Below are positions 12,380 through 25,153 of a stretch of 64,000 nucleotides of DNA, piece by piece. Within the stretch, counting starts at the first letter, position 1. Each line of letters starts with the position of its first letter. Under the pieces are notes generated by a model. That model saw only the letters and a list, made by a program, of their open reading frames with translations. It made no database searches and was not told the origin of the DNA. The position numbers were made by a program, and so were the translations under genes. The stretch is from TPA_inf: Saccharomyces (Eukaryota), in the NCBI GenBank assembly GCA_000146045.2, contig BK006946.2, forward strand, positions 384,001 through 448,000, given 5' to 3'.

Positions 12380-12524
12380 GCTATGTTGAATTTTGGACTT
12401 CTTTAAATAAAGGGAATAGAAGTATTGCTGATACTAGCCCAAAAATCGTCACCTTTGTGCGGCGAGCCGAGGATGAGGCTTTTATATACTCGACGACTAA
12501 AGAAGTTGGCAACGAATTACGCAG

Positions 12525-12531
12525 TGAGTCA
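12525..12531 (-). promoter_or_regulatory. Gcn4 response element (ATGACTCAC on the minus strand), about 150 bp upstream of ARG7
   Basis: The plus strand reads gtgagtcat, which is the TGACTCA core with a favourable flank. ARG7 is an arginine-biosynthesis gene under general amino-acid control. Confidence 0.5.
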
Positions 12532-13076
12532 TCCTACCTGTCCATCGCAGTAGAAAAAGACCTTCGCCAAGAAAACACCGTCAATAATGATTGCTAAGCA
12601 CTCTCACTTAGTACTACTATCAACGCTACCTTCAATTTGGGTCTAACCACGGCCCTATTGCATCACTACTCTCTTTATTCTATGATACAGCGTGGGGGTG
12701 AAGCCAAGAGCCCTGTGTTTTACTTCAGCATACCAACAAAGTATAAGATTACTTTTGCTATACAGCGATGAAAAATGTATTTTAATGTTTGTAAATTTAT
12801 GATCTACTGACACGTCTCAGACAGATCACATTTACAACACAGCATGCTATGACTATATACAAAACATGACTTTTCTTTATCACTAAAAGTAACTGCCAAT
12901 TTATTGTCGAATCTCGCTATAGTTTGATTTTCACCAGCGGCGCGCGCAAGTATAAGCTAAGAAACAATGAATATAGATAGATAGTGATGAGCGTTGAGAA
13001 CCGGGAAATGAGTAGAGACGTCCTTCTAAACAAAGATTTATACGGTTGAGACAGATTCATTGAGGAAAAGAGGAGA

Positions 13077-13796
13077 ATGGTTAGCATGATCCATATTGTG
13101 GTGTTTTTGCTAGCAATCACAACCATGTTCGAAATACTTCCGCTAATAACCGTCCCCGTGACCAAGTACCTATCGTTATCGTCATTCAGAAACCACTATT
13201 ATGGCCTGTTTGGCTGGTGTGTACGTGGTCAAAACCAAGAATTGATGTGCACGAAAATGAAGATAGGATATGACAGTACAGATGTCGACTCCTCCGGGCA
13301 CGTTTTGACCCTGCCATCGAACTCAAAAGTGGTCGTCTCCAATTTATTAGTGGTTCACCCGATTTCACTGGCATTCACAGGAACGCTATTAATTTTAGCA
13401 GTGATTATCATGGTAACTCCACTAGGGGACTCACCTGAGATGTTATTGTTCACGGCCCTTTTTTCGCTGCCAACGTTCATGCTATGTCTTTTATGTTTTT
13501 TGGTAGATATTCTTCTGTTCATCTCCAAACTGGACTGGCCCGGCTGGCTAATGCTAGCCGCTACTATTAGCGTAGCACTTTGTTGTTCCATGCTGTGGGT
13601 CATGAGAAGAGTTGTGTCAGTCAAAAAATATGAATCGCAACAGTCAATTGCGCATGCGTGCTCAATGGAACAGTACTCAATTTCCGACATTTACCAGAGT
13701 AAACAGAACGGCAATAGCTCAGAATATGAAGTGGCTCCAACACATACAGATAGTCTGATTGCTCCAGAAGTGACATATAGAGGGTTCATTGAATAA
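13077..13796 (+). CDS. RIM9: Four-TM plasma-membrane protein of the Rim101 pH pathway (PalI-like), 239 aa
   Basis: A 239-aa ORF with an N-terminal signal/TM and three further hydrophobic helices. Confidence 0.8.
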   Translation: MVSMIHIVVFLLAITTMFEILPLITVPVTKYLSLSSFRNHYYGLFGWCVRGQNQELMCTKMKIGYDSTDVDSSGHVLTLPSNSKVVVSNLLVVHPISLAFTGTLLILAVIIMVTPLGDSPEMLLFTALFSLPTFMLCLLCFLVDILLFISKLDWPGWLMLAATISVALCCSMLWVMRRVVSVKKYESQQSIAHACSMEQYSISDIYQSKQNGNSSEYEVAPTHTDSLIAPEVTYRGFIE

Positions 13797-13899
13797 GTAA
13801 CATCATGTGTCATTTTGCACGTTACATCGGTTTGCCAATCGGCTTCCAAATATTTGTACATTTTTTTCTTCCTCCATCACTATCTGTTAAGGGTCTTAG

Positions 13900-15459
<1,560 letters not shown>

Positions 15460-15701
15460 ATCGTCTATATTAAAAAAAAGGCAGCATAAGAGCAACTCAC
15501 TGCAAAGGGAATTGCGCATTCCACGCAAATAAACAATGTAAATAAGAATACGTACTGTAACTGTGTCACACTAGCGGGTTGTTTTATCATAATTGTTTGG
15601 GATTAATCCTGAACAAATTTTCTATATATAAACACTGGTTCGGAATACCAATGAAGTATACATATTCTGGTTCAACAACTGTTTCTATTCAAAAACTTTG
15701 A

Positions 15702-17216
15702 ATGTTTGAAATGCGCTACGTCTATTTGTTTGCAATTTGTATTAAGTTTGTTTCAAGCTCCGAACTAGGAAAAATCAACAATCTGCTGCAAGGAAGATTG
15801 ATATACACAGATAATTCCGTTGCGACAAATGTATTAGAATCCAAATTTCCATTCTTGAAATCAACATGTGTTAAAGACGCACTAAAATTATTTTTGCCAC
15901 AATGTATTGCAAATGGACTTGAATCCATTGACGCTGAAACAAGGGTAGAAACGGCCATTAAACTTTCAATATGCGAGTTTCAGGCATCTGGCTTGGGCGA
16001 AATACCAGAAAATTGCATGGTTGACGACCTAGGATCAATGATGGATTGTATGTTTGAACTAGAATCATCTTCACAGTGGTGGACAACTTATAGTGGAAAT
16101 TATCAGCGACTATCGAGTATTTGTTATGAAAATCTTCTTCCTTTTGAAAAAGAACAGATACTGAAACTTTTTCTAAATATCACTGAACTTTATGATTCAT
16201 TTGGGGATGATGTCGATACTAAGTTAAATCATCTGATGTTTCAAATGGAGCAAGATTCTCAAAATTTTTTGGACGATCTGGCCAGGATGTTCCGCAACTA
16301 TGACAATGAACTGCGAAATGCGACCGAAAGCAATCGAATAATCTTAGAAAACGACCTCTCATTTTTTAGAAATAAAGTGAATGATGTACTCTATGAAACT
16401 TCCGAACAACTAGAGGTCCAAATCATAGAGAAGAACAGTCAACTAATGAATGAAGTTGATACCGTCCATCATATTATGAGCGATCTAGCCGATGAGCTTG
16501 CTAAAAATGACATAAAATCTAAGATAAATGACTTGAAGGACGACAGCCTGAATAATTTACAGGACCTAGTGGAAATGTCCAACGACGTAAAAGAATATTA
16601 CTCTAGAAATAACAAGTTAGTTAATACCGAGTTGGAAAACTTCTCGATGGGTTTAAAAAAACAGTTAGGAGGCATGTCAAAGGATCTTTCTGAATCACAA
16701 ATGGAAGCTATAGAGCTCTTGCAAGGGTTCAATTCCATCCTTCATGATTCATTGTTACCATCCATGACGGATGAGATAGTACCTGAGATGACGAACTTCA
16801 AAAATACCTTACTACAAGAATGGACAGCTATAACATCTACACTAAATGGAGATTTTGCTTTATGGAATGAGGAGATTTTTTCAACTTTTAATGATATTTC
16901 AGAGAAACTGAATGGCACAAAAAAAAAATTAGACGACATTGAAATCAGAGTCTCACTTGTCCATAAAAATGTCATGACAATGATGAGGGTATTGGATTTT
17001 ATGTGGAAAACTAGTAAAATGATTATAAGATGTGGGTACCTTGCAGTCAAGAATAAATACTACTGGTTACTGTGCTCCGTTGTGTGGATTTGGTCAAAAT
17101 ACCGTACGTCTCGAGTAAACGTCAAAATGATTCCTATTAAACGCTATTACCAATGGGCAGCTCTTCTACTTTCAATTTATCTAGGAGCTAAGACTGGCTC
17201 ATTGATTGATTTTTAA
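15702..17216 (+). CDS. KAR5: ER/nuclear-envelope karyogamy protein, 504 aa
   Basis: It has an N-terminal signal peptide, a Cys-rich lumenal domain, coiled-coil and C-terminal TM segments. Length 504 aa. Confidence 0.8.
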
Positions 17217-17540
17217 CATTACCGATGTAACAATATATGAAAGCCTATATATACATAGATGTATAGGTATATAGCCGCATTCAAAGTCTAGCAAAATAAA
17301 TATTCTTTAAAAATTCAAGGACACCGGATCATGGTGGCCATAATACGGGCAAGTGAACCTAGAGAAGGTGTCCTACGTCACTATCCAAGTTAATTTGCTT
17401 AAGAGAGTTCGAGTGCAGCACCTACAGCTTTATCATTGAAGACGAAGCAAAAAGATCTTGAGATTCTATATCATGGGCACAGGTAGTATTCATTAGGTAG
17501 TAGTAACGTATTAAACAAGGCCATACTATATTTATAACTC

Positions 17541-20237
17541 ATGTTCAAATACAACCGCTCACTCTGTAGCAGCGCTTTGATAGCAAAGTCTCAGATTCGT
17601 TTTTATAGATTGAAGCGGGCGCCATTGAATTATGCCTCCCATATACCTGAAGTTCTTAATAAGACCATCATAGGGCCAGACGAACCAGAAAAATGTCTCA
17701 TTTTGAAAGGAAAAACATCAGAGGAAATCGAAAATAATCTTCTCAGTAATAAGAAATTTCAGGAGATCAATCCTCTTGATACTATCCAGGAAACGTTCAT
17801 TCAATATCTGAAATTTTGTAATGAAACTAACTTTAAAAGAAGTAACAAGAATTTAAACAGATTAAAAAAAACCTTAGAAAGCAAGGACTCTAATAGCACC
17901 GTAAAAATTAATGCAGTTTTCAATTATTTGCTCGAAGAGTGTGATTTAGAAATCAAAAGATTGAACACGACCGGCCAAACCCAGGTATACAATGAAGAGA
18001 AAGGAAATGAAGATGACTTAGAGCAATCCATAATGAACGATATTTTCCGATCAGCACAAGAACAATTTGAAGATCAAGAGGGCCATATACCGTTAAGGAG
18101 TACATCATTTTTACTGGAGATTTTGAAAAGTTTTAATGAACGGTTTAATGGCATAATCAAACCGAAAGAGTCAATAACAGAAATGGTCACATTCAGCCAA
18201 CTTGCTCAAGCTTTTGAAGTTGTTAAATTGATACCAGTGCAAGAAATGAAGGAGAAAGGGATTTACTTGGTCGGAAATTTACTTTATGGCACAGGGAAAG
18301 TTCGTTTAGATCCTATAAATGAGTCATTCTATATTGAATCCCTACTAGTTTTTGGAAACTATAAGGCTGCATACAGTTTATTTATTACCAATAAAGACAA
18401 AGTAAACGAGCGCTGGTGGAATGAACTAGGATTAATGATCACATTAAGGTCTAACCACTTGAGAAACTTCAGGAAACTTTTAGCCGAGACAGATGCAAAG
18501 TACTCAACAAAGTATTCTTATTTGAGCCCAAGAGTTACCAAATTGAGCATACGAAAATATTTGTCGATTGGCAATGTTACTGAAGCTAATATACTGACTG
18601 ATCGATTTATTAAGTTAGTGGAAGAAGTTGGAATAATCAGAATGAAAGATGAGCAGGAGGAACTTCCCACGGGAGTTAAAAATTTTCAGAATGAGAAACA
18701 TGCAACTGAGTTCTTAAATGAACTAGAAATACCATCGGATCATGATTATATCAGCATTGTTGATTTCCATCTTTATAAGAGAAATATTCCCATGGCGGCT
18801 CAACTTATCAGCAAGTACATGGAAATACCTGGAACGACACAAGAAGATGCCGCATTTCTACTTGTTAAAACCAAGCTAAATATGTTGAAAGATTTTGAAA
18901 AGCTACGAAACATTTTTGCTCAAAATAAAGATTATGTAGTGCCTGAGAATAATGTGAAAATGTTGCAAGAGGCATTTGAGAGCGTTATTACTAAGTATAA
19001 CACTAATTCTCCAATATACAATGAATTGCTGTTTGAGAATGTTTCGGCCTTAACAAAAAGTATTGTATTAACTGATTTTCTGGAAGAGTTCATTACTAAA
19101 CAGGCTTCTGGACAGTGGATGGAATTAAACAGTGTGTCACGTTCCAGAAAGTTTAATGGCTTGTTGAACATACTTCTCGGTACAGGTGAAGAAGAAAAAG
19201 CATATAATATCTTAAAAAAACTAGAAGAAGCCTCAAAGAAATCAAAAACAGATCCAGATTTACTCTATAATCAGTTTTATTCGGAAGTTAATGCATATCA
19301 TTACGCTAAATTTGTTGAATTTTATAGTCTTCAAATTCAAAATATGAAGGCACAAAATACGCCCTCATTTAGAAAAAAGGAATTTAAGCAGAAAGTGAAG
19401 TCACTTTTAAAAAGAATGCAGGAGTCAGAGGTTATCCCAAATGCTGTTTTTTTGAGAGAAATACTCAATTTTTATGATAGCATGTATGACTTTAATTCAA
19501 GTTTTGAGATCATCAATCCGCTACTTGAATCCAAACAACAGGTGAGCTCTGAGTCTTCATTATCCACCTCAAACCCTTGCCGATTTTACAACCGTCGCAT
19601 CATAACAAAACCGCTGTACCACAAGATTTGGTCTGTGTATTGCCATTATTATCATGTTTTACAAAATAATTCTAGGATTTTATCGAAAAAGTCGTCCATT
19701 GTAAAGAAATTAATAAAAAGGCAGATAAAGATTCACCCAACTTGTCACCCAAGAGTATTGTTCCAAATGACGGCAGAAAATGGTGAAATTTTGCCAGACA
19801 AAACTTTTTCTAAATTAATTGTGTCCACGTTCATGAAAAGCGGGGATTTAGAAGCAATACCTGCCATATTAACGTTTCTAACGAAAAAATTTGACTTGAA
19901 TATTGATTACGATTTGAGTATGTATATTCTAAAGGGTTTGAAAAGACAATATTTACGAGATATTAGTAACATCAGTAAAGATGCTTGTGAGTACAAGTTA
20001 CGGAAGGCGGAGCTAATGAATAATGAGTCAATCTTAAAAAACATTCCACAGGGTACAAATCAAGAGAATACAATATCCCATTTGATCAGGGAGATTTTGA
20101 TCTTTATAAAATGGAAGGAAAAAAGTGATTGTTCTACTTTCTTGATGGTAGAAGATGCTTTTAAAGAATTAGGAACAGAGTTTACTTTACTCGAAGAATT
20201 AATAGAAGATGTAAATAAGTTAAAGATAAAAGCCTAA
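17541..20237 (+). CDS. SOV1: Mitochondrial protein (helical-repeat/PPR-like), 898 aa
   Basis: A large 898-aa ORF with helical-repeat character and an N-terminal basic presequence. Confidence 0.75.
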   Translation: MFKYNRSLCSSALIAKSQIRFYRLKRAPLNYASHIPEVLNKTIIGPDEPEKCLILKGKTSEEIENNLLSNKKFQEINPLDTIQETFIQYLKFCNETNFKRSNKNLNRLKKTLESKDSNSTVKINAVFNYLLEECDLEIKRLNTTGQTQVYNEEKGNEDDLEQSIMNDIFRSAQEQFEDQEGHIPLRSTSFLLEILKSFNERFNGIIKPKESITEMVTFSQLAQAFEVVKLIPVQEMKEKGIYLVGNLLYGTGKVRLDPINESFYIESLLVFGNYKAAYSLFITNKDKVNERWWNELGLMITLRSNHLRNFRKLLAETDAKYSTKYSYLSPRVTKLSIRKYLSIGNVTEANILTDRFIKLVEEVGIIRMKDEQEELPTGVKNFQNEKHATEFLNELEIPSDHDYISIVDFHLYKRNIPMAAQLISKYMEIPGTTQEDAAFLLVKTKLNMLKDFEKLRNIFAQNKDYVVPENNVKMLQEAFESVITKYNTNSPIYNELLFENVSALTKSIVLTDFLEEFITKQASGQWMELNSVSRSRKFNGLLNILLGTGEEEKAYNILKKLEEASKKSKTDPDLLYNQFYSEVNAYHYAKFVEFYSLQIQNMKAQNTPSFRKKEFKQKVKSLLKRMQESEVIPNAVFLREILNFYDSMYDFNSSFEIINPLLESKQQVSSESSLSTSNPCRFYNRRIITKPLYHKIWSVYCHYYHVLQNNSRILSKKSSIVKKLIKRQIKIHPTCHPRVLFQMTAENGEILPDKTFSKLIVSTFMKSGDLEAIPAILTFLTKKFDLNIDYDLSMYILKGLKRQYLRDISNISKDACEYKLRKAELMNNESILKNIPQGTNQENTISHLIREILIFIKWKEKSDCSTFLMVEDAFKELGTEFTLLEELIEDVNKLKIKA

Positions 20238-20322
20238 AAAAACGGATGCATTTTATATAATTTTAGCTATACGTGTACATATTTGTAATAAAGTTAAAAG
20301 AGGAGACTGTTTAGCTTTGTAT

Positions 20323-21573
20323 TTATTTTTTACTTAATTTCATCCATTTAGGTACTCTATTTAAAGTCTTTTTGATACTTGTAGCGTTATCAGAAGGGCC
20401 CTGTGGATTGGATTTATTTATCGTATTAACTGATGGGGTTGTCCTCGTTTCGTGTGTGATTTTTTGTGCGTCTTCCAAAAGATGAGCCTTTATTAATGGG
20501 CCATTAGAATTTGAATTTGTTTCAAAAAGCAGCATTGTTTTAGAGCCAAATTCCAGGTCATCCAGTAGCTTCTTATCGTCTTTAGCCAAGGGTTTGAAAG
20601 GATGAGATTGGTTTAACGTAAAAGGCATGTTCTCATCGATCAGGAACTGCGACACGACGTTATAAACTGTACGCATGTCTTCATTGGGTTTGAATGCTAT
20701 TTGAATATGGCTTCTATCGGGGAACTTGACTCTCAGCAAACACTCAGATATAGCCTTATTTTTCTTTGGCAAGTTGTTGGCTGATTGCTCTCTAAGTCTC
20801 TTTGTCAAAATAGGACCACCCAAAGTACCAGCCTTCGATGATAACATTTTTTGGTATTTCTTGGCTTGTTCTACTGTCAATTCATAATCTTCTTCATCCT
20901 CGATTTGATCCTTGATAACTGCTAATGGCTCATCCGAGGGCAAAAACACAGAAGGTTTATGTAGTTCGTGAGGTGGTAGTGAAGCAACCGTTTCCGGGTT
21001 CGTCATCGTAGGGGGAGTTTGTTTTGGGTGAATAGCGCTATTAGCGCTAATGCCCTCAGAATGAGATGTATTATTAAAAATCAATCTAACTGACGAAGGC
21101 TCCTGAATCCCTAAATTTTCGAGAGTCAAATTCTCATCCTTAATTGTTTTGAACTCTATTATCTTGGAAAAGACCTGGATCTTAAAATCATCTCCCGCAG
21201 CGCCGCTCATCTGTCGCAAGATAGGGGCAATTGGTTGGTCAGATGGCATTTCTTTAACCACGGAATCTCTTCCTGGGATTTGAAACCGTATTTTGATCGT
21301 ATTGAATGGAATATCTTCGCGGTTGGTCTTATTCGCCACCGGAAAATTACTACTTTTAGATAATTCTAAGTTGACACCCGTTGGTAAGTTTAGAAGCCTC
21401 CATGGCAAATCTAATGGCACCGGTTTATCCAAATGTATCAATGACCAGTCGTTTGACGAGGTGTGCAGTTGAAAGAATTGTATGGATTGGTGTAACACAT
21501 CGTTTAGTGTTGAATTCAACGAAACTTTACATTTGAAAAGTTGGAAGTTATACTTCACGGTAACCATAGGCAT
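20323..21573 (-). CDS. UBX4: UBX-domain Cdc48 cofactor, 416 aa
   Basis: A 416-aa ORF with a C-terminal UBX-like region. Confidence 0.75.
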   Translation of the reverse strand: MPMVTVKYNFQLFKCKVSLNSTLNDVLHQSIQFFQLHTSSNDWSLIHLDKPVPLDLPWRLLNLPTGVNLELSKSSNFPVANKTNREDIPFNTIKIRFQIPGRDSVVKEMPSDQPIAPILRQMSGAAGDDFKIQVFSKIIEFKTIKDENLTLENLGIQEPSSVRLIFNNTSHSEGISANSAIHPKQTPPTMTNPETVASLPPHELHKPSVFLPSDEPLAVIKDQIEDEEDYELTVEQAKKYQKMLSSKAGTLGGPILTKRLREQSANNLPKKNKAISECLLRVKFPDRSHIQIAFKPNEDMRTVYNVVSQFLIDENMPFTLNQSHPFKPLAKDDKKLLDDLEFGSKTMLLFETNSNSNGPLIKAHLLEDAQKITHETRTTPSVNTINKSNPQGPSDNATSIKKTLNRVPKWMKLSKK

Positions 21574-22303
21574 TGTATTGTGCGCTTATTAGTCTGCCTT
21601 GCTATTCTTCGCAGTACGTAGATTTATCTTAGTTTTTGCATTTTTTGGTTTTCTTTTTTTTTTGCCACACATAGTACAATAAAAGAGAACTTGAATCTTT
21701 GAAGAAACGTCTAAATTAACATCGAAGATAGAAGACAGGGAAACATCTAGGATTGCAAGAAATAGTGCTGAAATTTTGTAATAAAGTTGCAAGAAATAGC
21801 ATCTAGCGTTTTATAAGGCGTACATCTTTCTTGGCAAGAGTTCCAAGAGAAAAGAGGAGCAAAACAGCGGTTGAGGCGCCCGCTATCTTGAATATTATAC
21901 AGTTTCTTTAAAAACGCTTGTACAACACTGCATAAACATGGACAAATTATTGAAATTGTTTCAAGATATTTCCCATATCATATTCCAATAGCGTTACTCT
22001 CTCATCGCTTATTCTGGAATCATTATTTTAATAAAGATAACTCACACGATATACGTGTACTGAGCTGACCTTTATACCTACCCTTACCTGCTTATTCCTG
22101 ATAAAAATGTTCGTGCAACTAATTGTTTGATTTCTCTTGCGGCCCGGTTATTCCGGAGTTGATACTTTTTTTCTTCTGTCTTAATTACGTTTTTTTCCTC
22201 TAGACTTTTTTGATCTGGTACAATTGAAAATGTATAAATCAACTGGACCCTAAAAATAAAAAAAAAAAACGCCCATTAGAAAAGAGGATATATTGAACAA
22301 AAG

Positions 22304-23584
22304 ATGTTGAAAGAGCCCTCAGTTCGCTTGCGGGAGGCTATTATTGAAGGCAATTTACTTATAGTGAAAAGATTATTGCGACGGAATCCGGATTTGCTAA
22401 CCAACATAGACTCAGAGAACGGATGGAGTTCATTACATTACGCCTCATACCATGGAAGATACCTTATATGCGTGTATTTAATTCAGCTGGGGCACGACAA
22501 GCATGAACTAATAAAAACCTTTAAAGGAAACACCTGTGTGCATTTAGCATTAATGAAAGGGCACGAGCAAACCTTACATTTACTTTTGCAACAATTTCCG
22601 CGATTTATCAACCATCGCGGAGAGAATGGTAGAGCCCCCATCCATATAGCATGTATGAACGATTACTACCAATGTCTGAGTCTGTTGATAGGAGTTGGTG
22701 CTGATTTATGGGTAATGGACACTAATGGCGACACGCCGCTGCATGTATGCCTGGAGTATGGCAGTATAAGTTGTATGAAGATGCTTCTCAATGAAGGTGA
22801 GGTGTCCTTGGATGATAATGTCAGGGACAAGGGAAATTGGAAGCCAATAGATGTAGCACAAACGTTTGAAGTAGGTAATATATATTCAAAAGTGTTAAAA
22901 GAGGTGAAAAAGAAGGGGCCACCGTTGGGTGCAGGCAAAAAACCAAGTTCATTCAGAACTCCTATACTAAATGCGAAGGCCACTTTCGAGGACGGGCCTT
23001 CCCCAGTTTTAAGCATGAATTCGCCATATTCGCTCTATTCCAATAATAGTCCGTTGCCGGTATTACCAAGAAGGATATCAACGCATACAACAAGCGGTAA
23101 CGGTGGGAATCGGAGGAGTTCTATCACAAATCCAGTATTCAACCCACGAAAACCAACCTTGTCTACGGACAGTTTTTCGTCAAGCTCAAATTCCAGCTCG
23201 AGACTAAGAGTGAACTCCATCAACGTCAAGACTCCAGTAGGTGTGTCGCCCAAGAAAGAGCTTGTATCTGAATCAGTACGACACAGTGCAACACCAACAA
23301 GTCCGCACAACAACATCGCGTTGATTAATAGATACTTGTTGCCTAACAAGAGCAATGACAACGTGAGAGGAGACTCACAGACAGCTACAATCAACGATGA
23401 CGGTGGCGGCGGCAATGGCGGTGATGCCACTATAGGAATGGGACTAAGAAAGGACCCGGACGATGAGAACGAGAACAAGTACAAGATTAAGGTAAACAAT
23501 GGCGAGCCGAGGAGACGAGTGTCACTTCTGAACATACCCATCTCAAAATTAAGAAATAGCAATAACACGCGTGCAGAAGATTGA
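22304..23584 (+). CDS. AVO2: TORC2 component with N-terminal ankyrin repeats, 426 aa
   Basis: Ankyrin repeats are visible (…GWSSLHYASYHGRYLICVYLIQLGHD…, …NTCVHLALMKGH…, …RAPIHIACMNDYYQCLSLLIGVGAD…, …GDTPLHVCLEYG…), followed by a Ser/Asn-rich tail. Confidence 0.88.
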   Translation: MLKEPSVRLREAIIEGNLLIVKRLLRRNPDLLTNIDSENGWSSLHYASYHGRYLICVYLIQLGHDKHELIKTFKGNTCVHLALMKGHEQTLHLLLQQFPRFINHRGENGRAPIHIACMNDYYQCLSLLIGVGADLWVMDTNGDTPLHVCLEYGSISCMKMLLNEGEVSLDDNVRDKGNWKPIDVAQTFEVGNIYSKVLKEVKKKGPPLGAGKKPSSFRTPILNAKATFEDGPSPVLSMNSPYSLYSNNSPLPVLPRRISTHTTSGNGGNRRSSITNPVFNPRKPTLSTDSFSSSSNSSSRLRVNSINVKTPVGVSPKKELVSESVRHSATPTSPHNNIALINRYLLPNKSNDNVRGDSQTATINDDGGGGNGGDATIGMGLRKDPDDENENKYKIKVNNGEPRRRVSLLNIPISKLRNSNNTRAED

Positions 23585-23708
23585 GAAGACTACTACGTAT
23601 TTTTTTTTATATGCATCCTTTTTTCCACATATGTATGCGCGGTGCGCGCGCGCCATTAAAAGATTTTTTTCTTAGCTCTTTTTCTTTTTTCTTTTTCTTT
23701 CCACTGAG

Positions 23709-24566
23709 ATGCGTTCTTCGGTATATAGTGAGAACACTTACAACTGTATACGAACATCGAAGGAGCACCTAACAGAAAGAAGGAGGGTCGCCATGGCGCC
23801 AATGTTCCAACATTTCTTAAACTTATGCGTGGAAAAATTTCCTGAATCCATCGAGCACAAGGATACAGATGGAAACGGTAACTTCACCACCGCTATTTTA
23901 GAAAGGGAGATTATCTACATCCCCGAAGATGACACTGACAGTATTGACAGCGTTGACAGCCTCAAGTGTATAAACTACAAGCTGCACAAATCTCGCGGCG
24001 ACCAAGTGCTGGACGCCTGTGTGCAATTGATAGACAAGCACCTGGGCGCCAAGTATCGCCGGGCCTCGCGCATTATGTACGGCAACAGGAAACCATGGAA
24101 GGCAAACAAACTCGCAGAGATGAAAAGCGCCGGCCTTGTGTATGTCTGTTACTGGGACAACGGCGTGCTAGGTGCATTTACTTCATTCATGCTTACAGAG
24201 GAGACGGGTCTCGTCGAAGGTGACGCTTTACACGAGGTTAGCGTGCCCGTGATATACCTTTACGAAGTACATGTAGCTAGCGCGCACCGCGGGCATGGAA
24301 TCGGTCGGCGGCTACTGGAGCATGCACTGTGCGATGGCGTAGCTCGACACACCCGCCGCATGTGCGACAATTTCTTCGGTGTAGCACTCACCGTATTCAG
24401 TGATAACACTCGGGCCCGGCGACTATATGAGGCGCTTGGGTTCTACCGCGCTCCGGGATCACCCGCACCAGCATCACCCACAATTCGTCACACGCGACAT
24501 GGTGGGGGACGTGTAGTCGTGCCCTGCGATCCGCTTTATTACGTATATTGCCTTCACATGCCGTGA
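23709..24566 (+). CDS. NAT4: Histone H4/H2A N-terminal acetyltransferase (GNAT fold), 285 aa
   Basis: The ORF has a GNAT-like acetyl-CoA-binding core (…VHVASAHRGHGIGRRLLEHAL…). The 3' half is unusually GC-rich (see findings). Confidence 0.8.
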   Translation: MRSSVYSENTYNCIRTSKEHLTERRRVAMAPMFQHFLNLCVEKFPESIEHKDTDGNGNFTTAILEREIIYIPEDDTDSIDSVDSLKCINYKLHKSRGDQVLDACVQLIDKHLGAKYRRASRIMYGNRKPWKANKLAEMKSAGLVYVCYWDNGVLGAFTSFMLTEETGLVEGDALHEVSVPVIYLYEVHVASAHRGHGIGRRLLEHALCDGVARHTRRMCDNFFGVALTVFSDNTRARRLYEALGFYRAPGSPAPASPTIRHTRHGGGRVVVPCDPLYYVYCLHMP

Positions 24567-25153
24567 AAGCCGACAGGGACAACGCGCGATAAAAAAAAAA
24601 TTAAAAGTAAAACTACGTACGCGGCGGCGCGACTCGAATCCTTGACTCCGACTGAGGAGACCCGAACAACGCTCCCTGCTCTCCGCCTTCGGCGCCTTCC
24701 GATAACTGCGCACGGCAAGGAGTAGTGGCGATAACGGTGTTTATTGCCGGTTTTTTCGTTTTTCTTCTTGATTTTCTTCTTTTTTTTCCTCAAAAGATGT
24801 GCTGTAGCCTCCGCTGTTGTTTTTTTTTATCCTACCAAGGCGCATCATCCTGTCATGATCTGCGCTGGATAGTATTTATACTACTACTCCGTCTGGATTT
24901 ACTAAACTTTGTCTCTCTTTTGATGTAAAGTTAAAGAAGAATTACGAAAAAAGAGAGAAAAAATAGAAACAAATAATAGGAATTAAGGCCTTGTAGCAAT
25001 CAAAAAAAAAAAGAAAAAAAAGGAATTTTTTTTGGAAGAAAACTTGAACAAAACAATTCCTCAAGAAGGAACAGGTACAAGAAAAGATTTAACAGAAGGA
25101 AAACTAATAGGCAACAGTAGGCAAATAGTAAAGGGACATATCATATTTGAGCA

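Noticed and set aside
23035-23568. A 177-aa minus-strand ORF antisense to AVO2
   Set aside because: It is fully contained in the AVO2 coding region. It has Leu/Pro/Ser-rich low-complexity translation and no start context. It is a typical spurious antisense frame.
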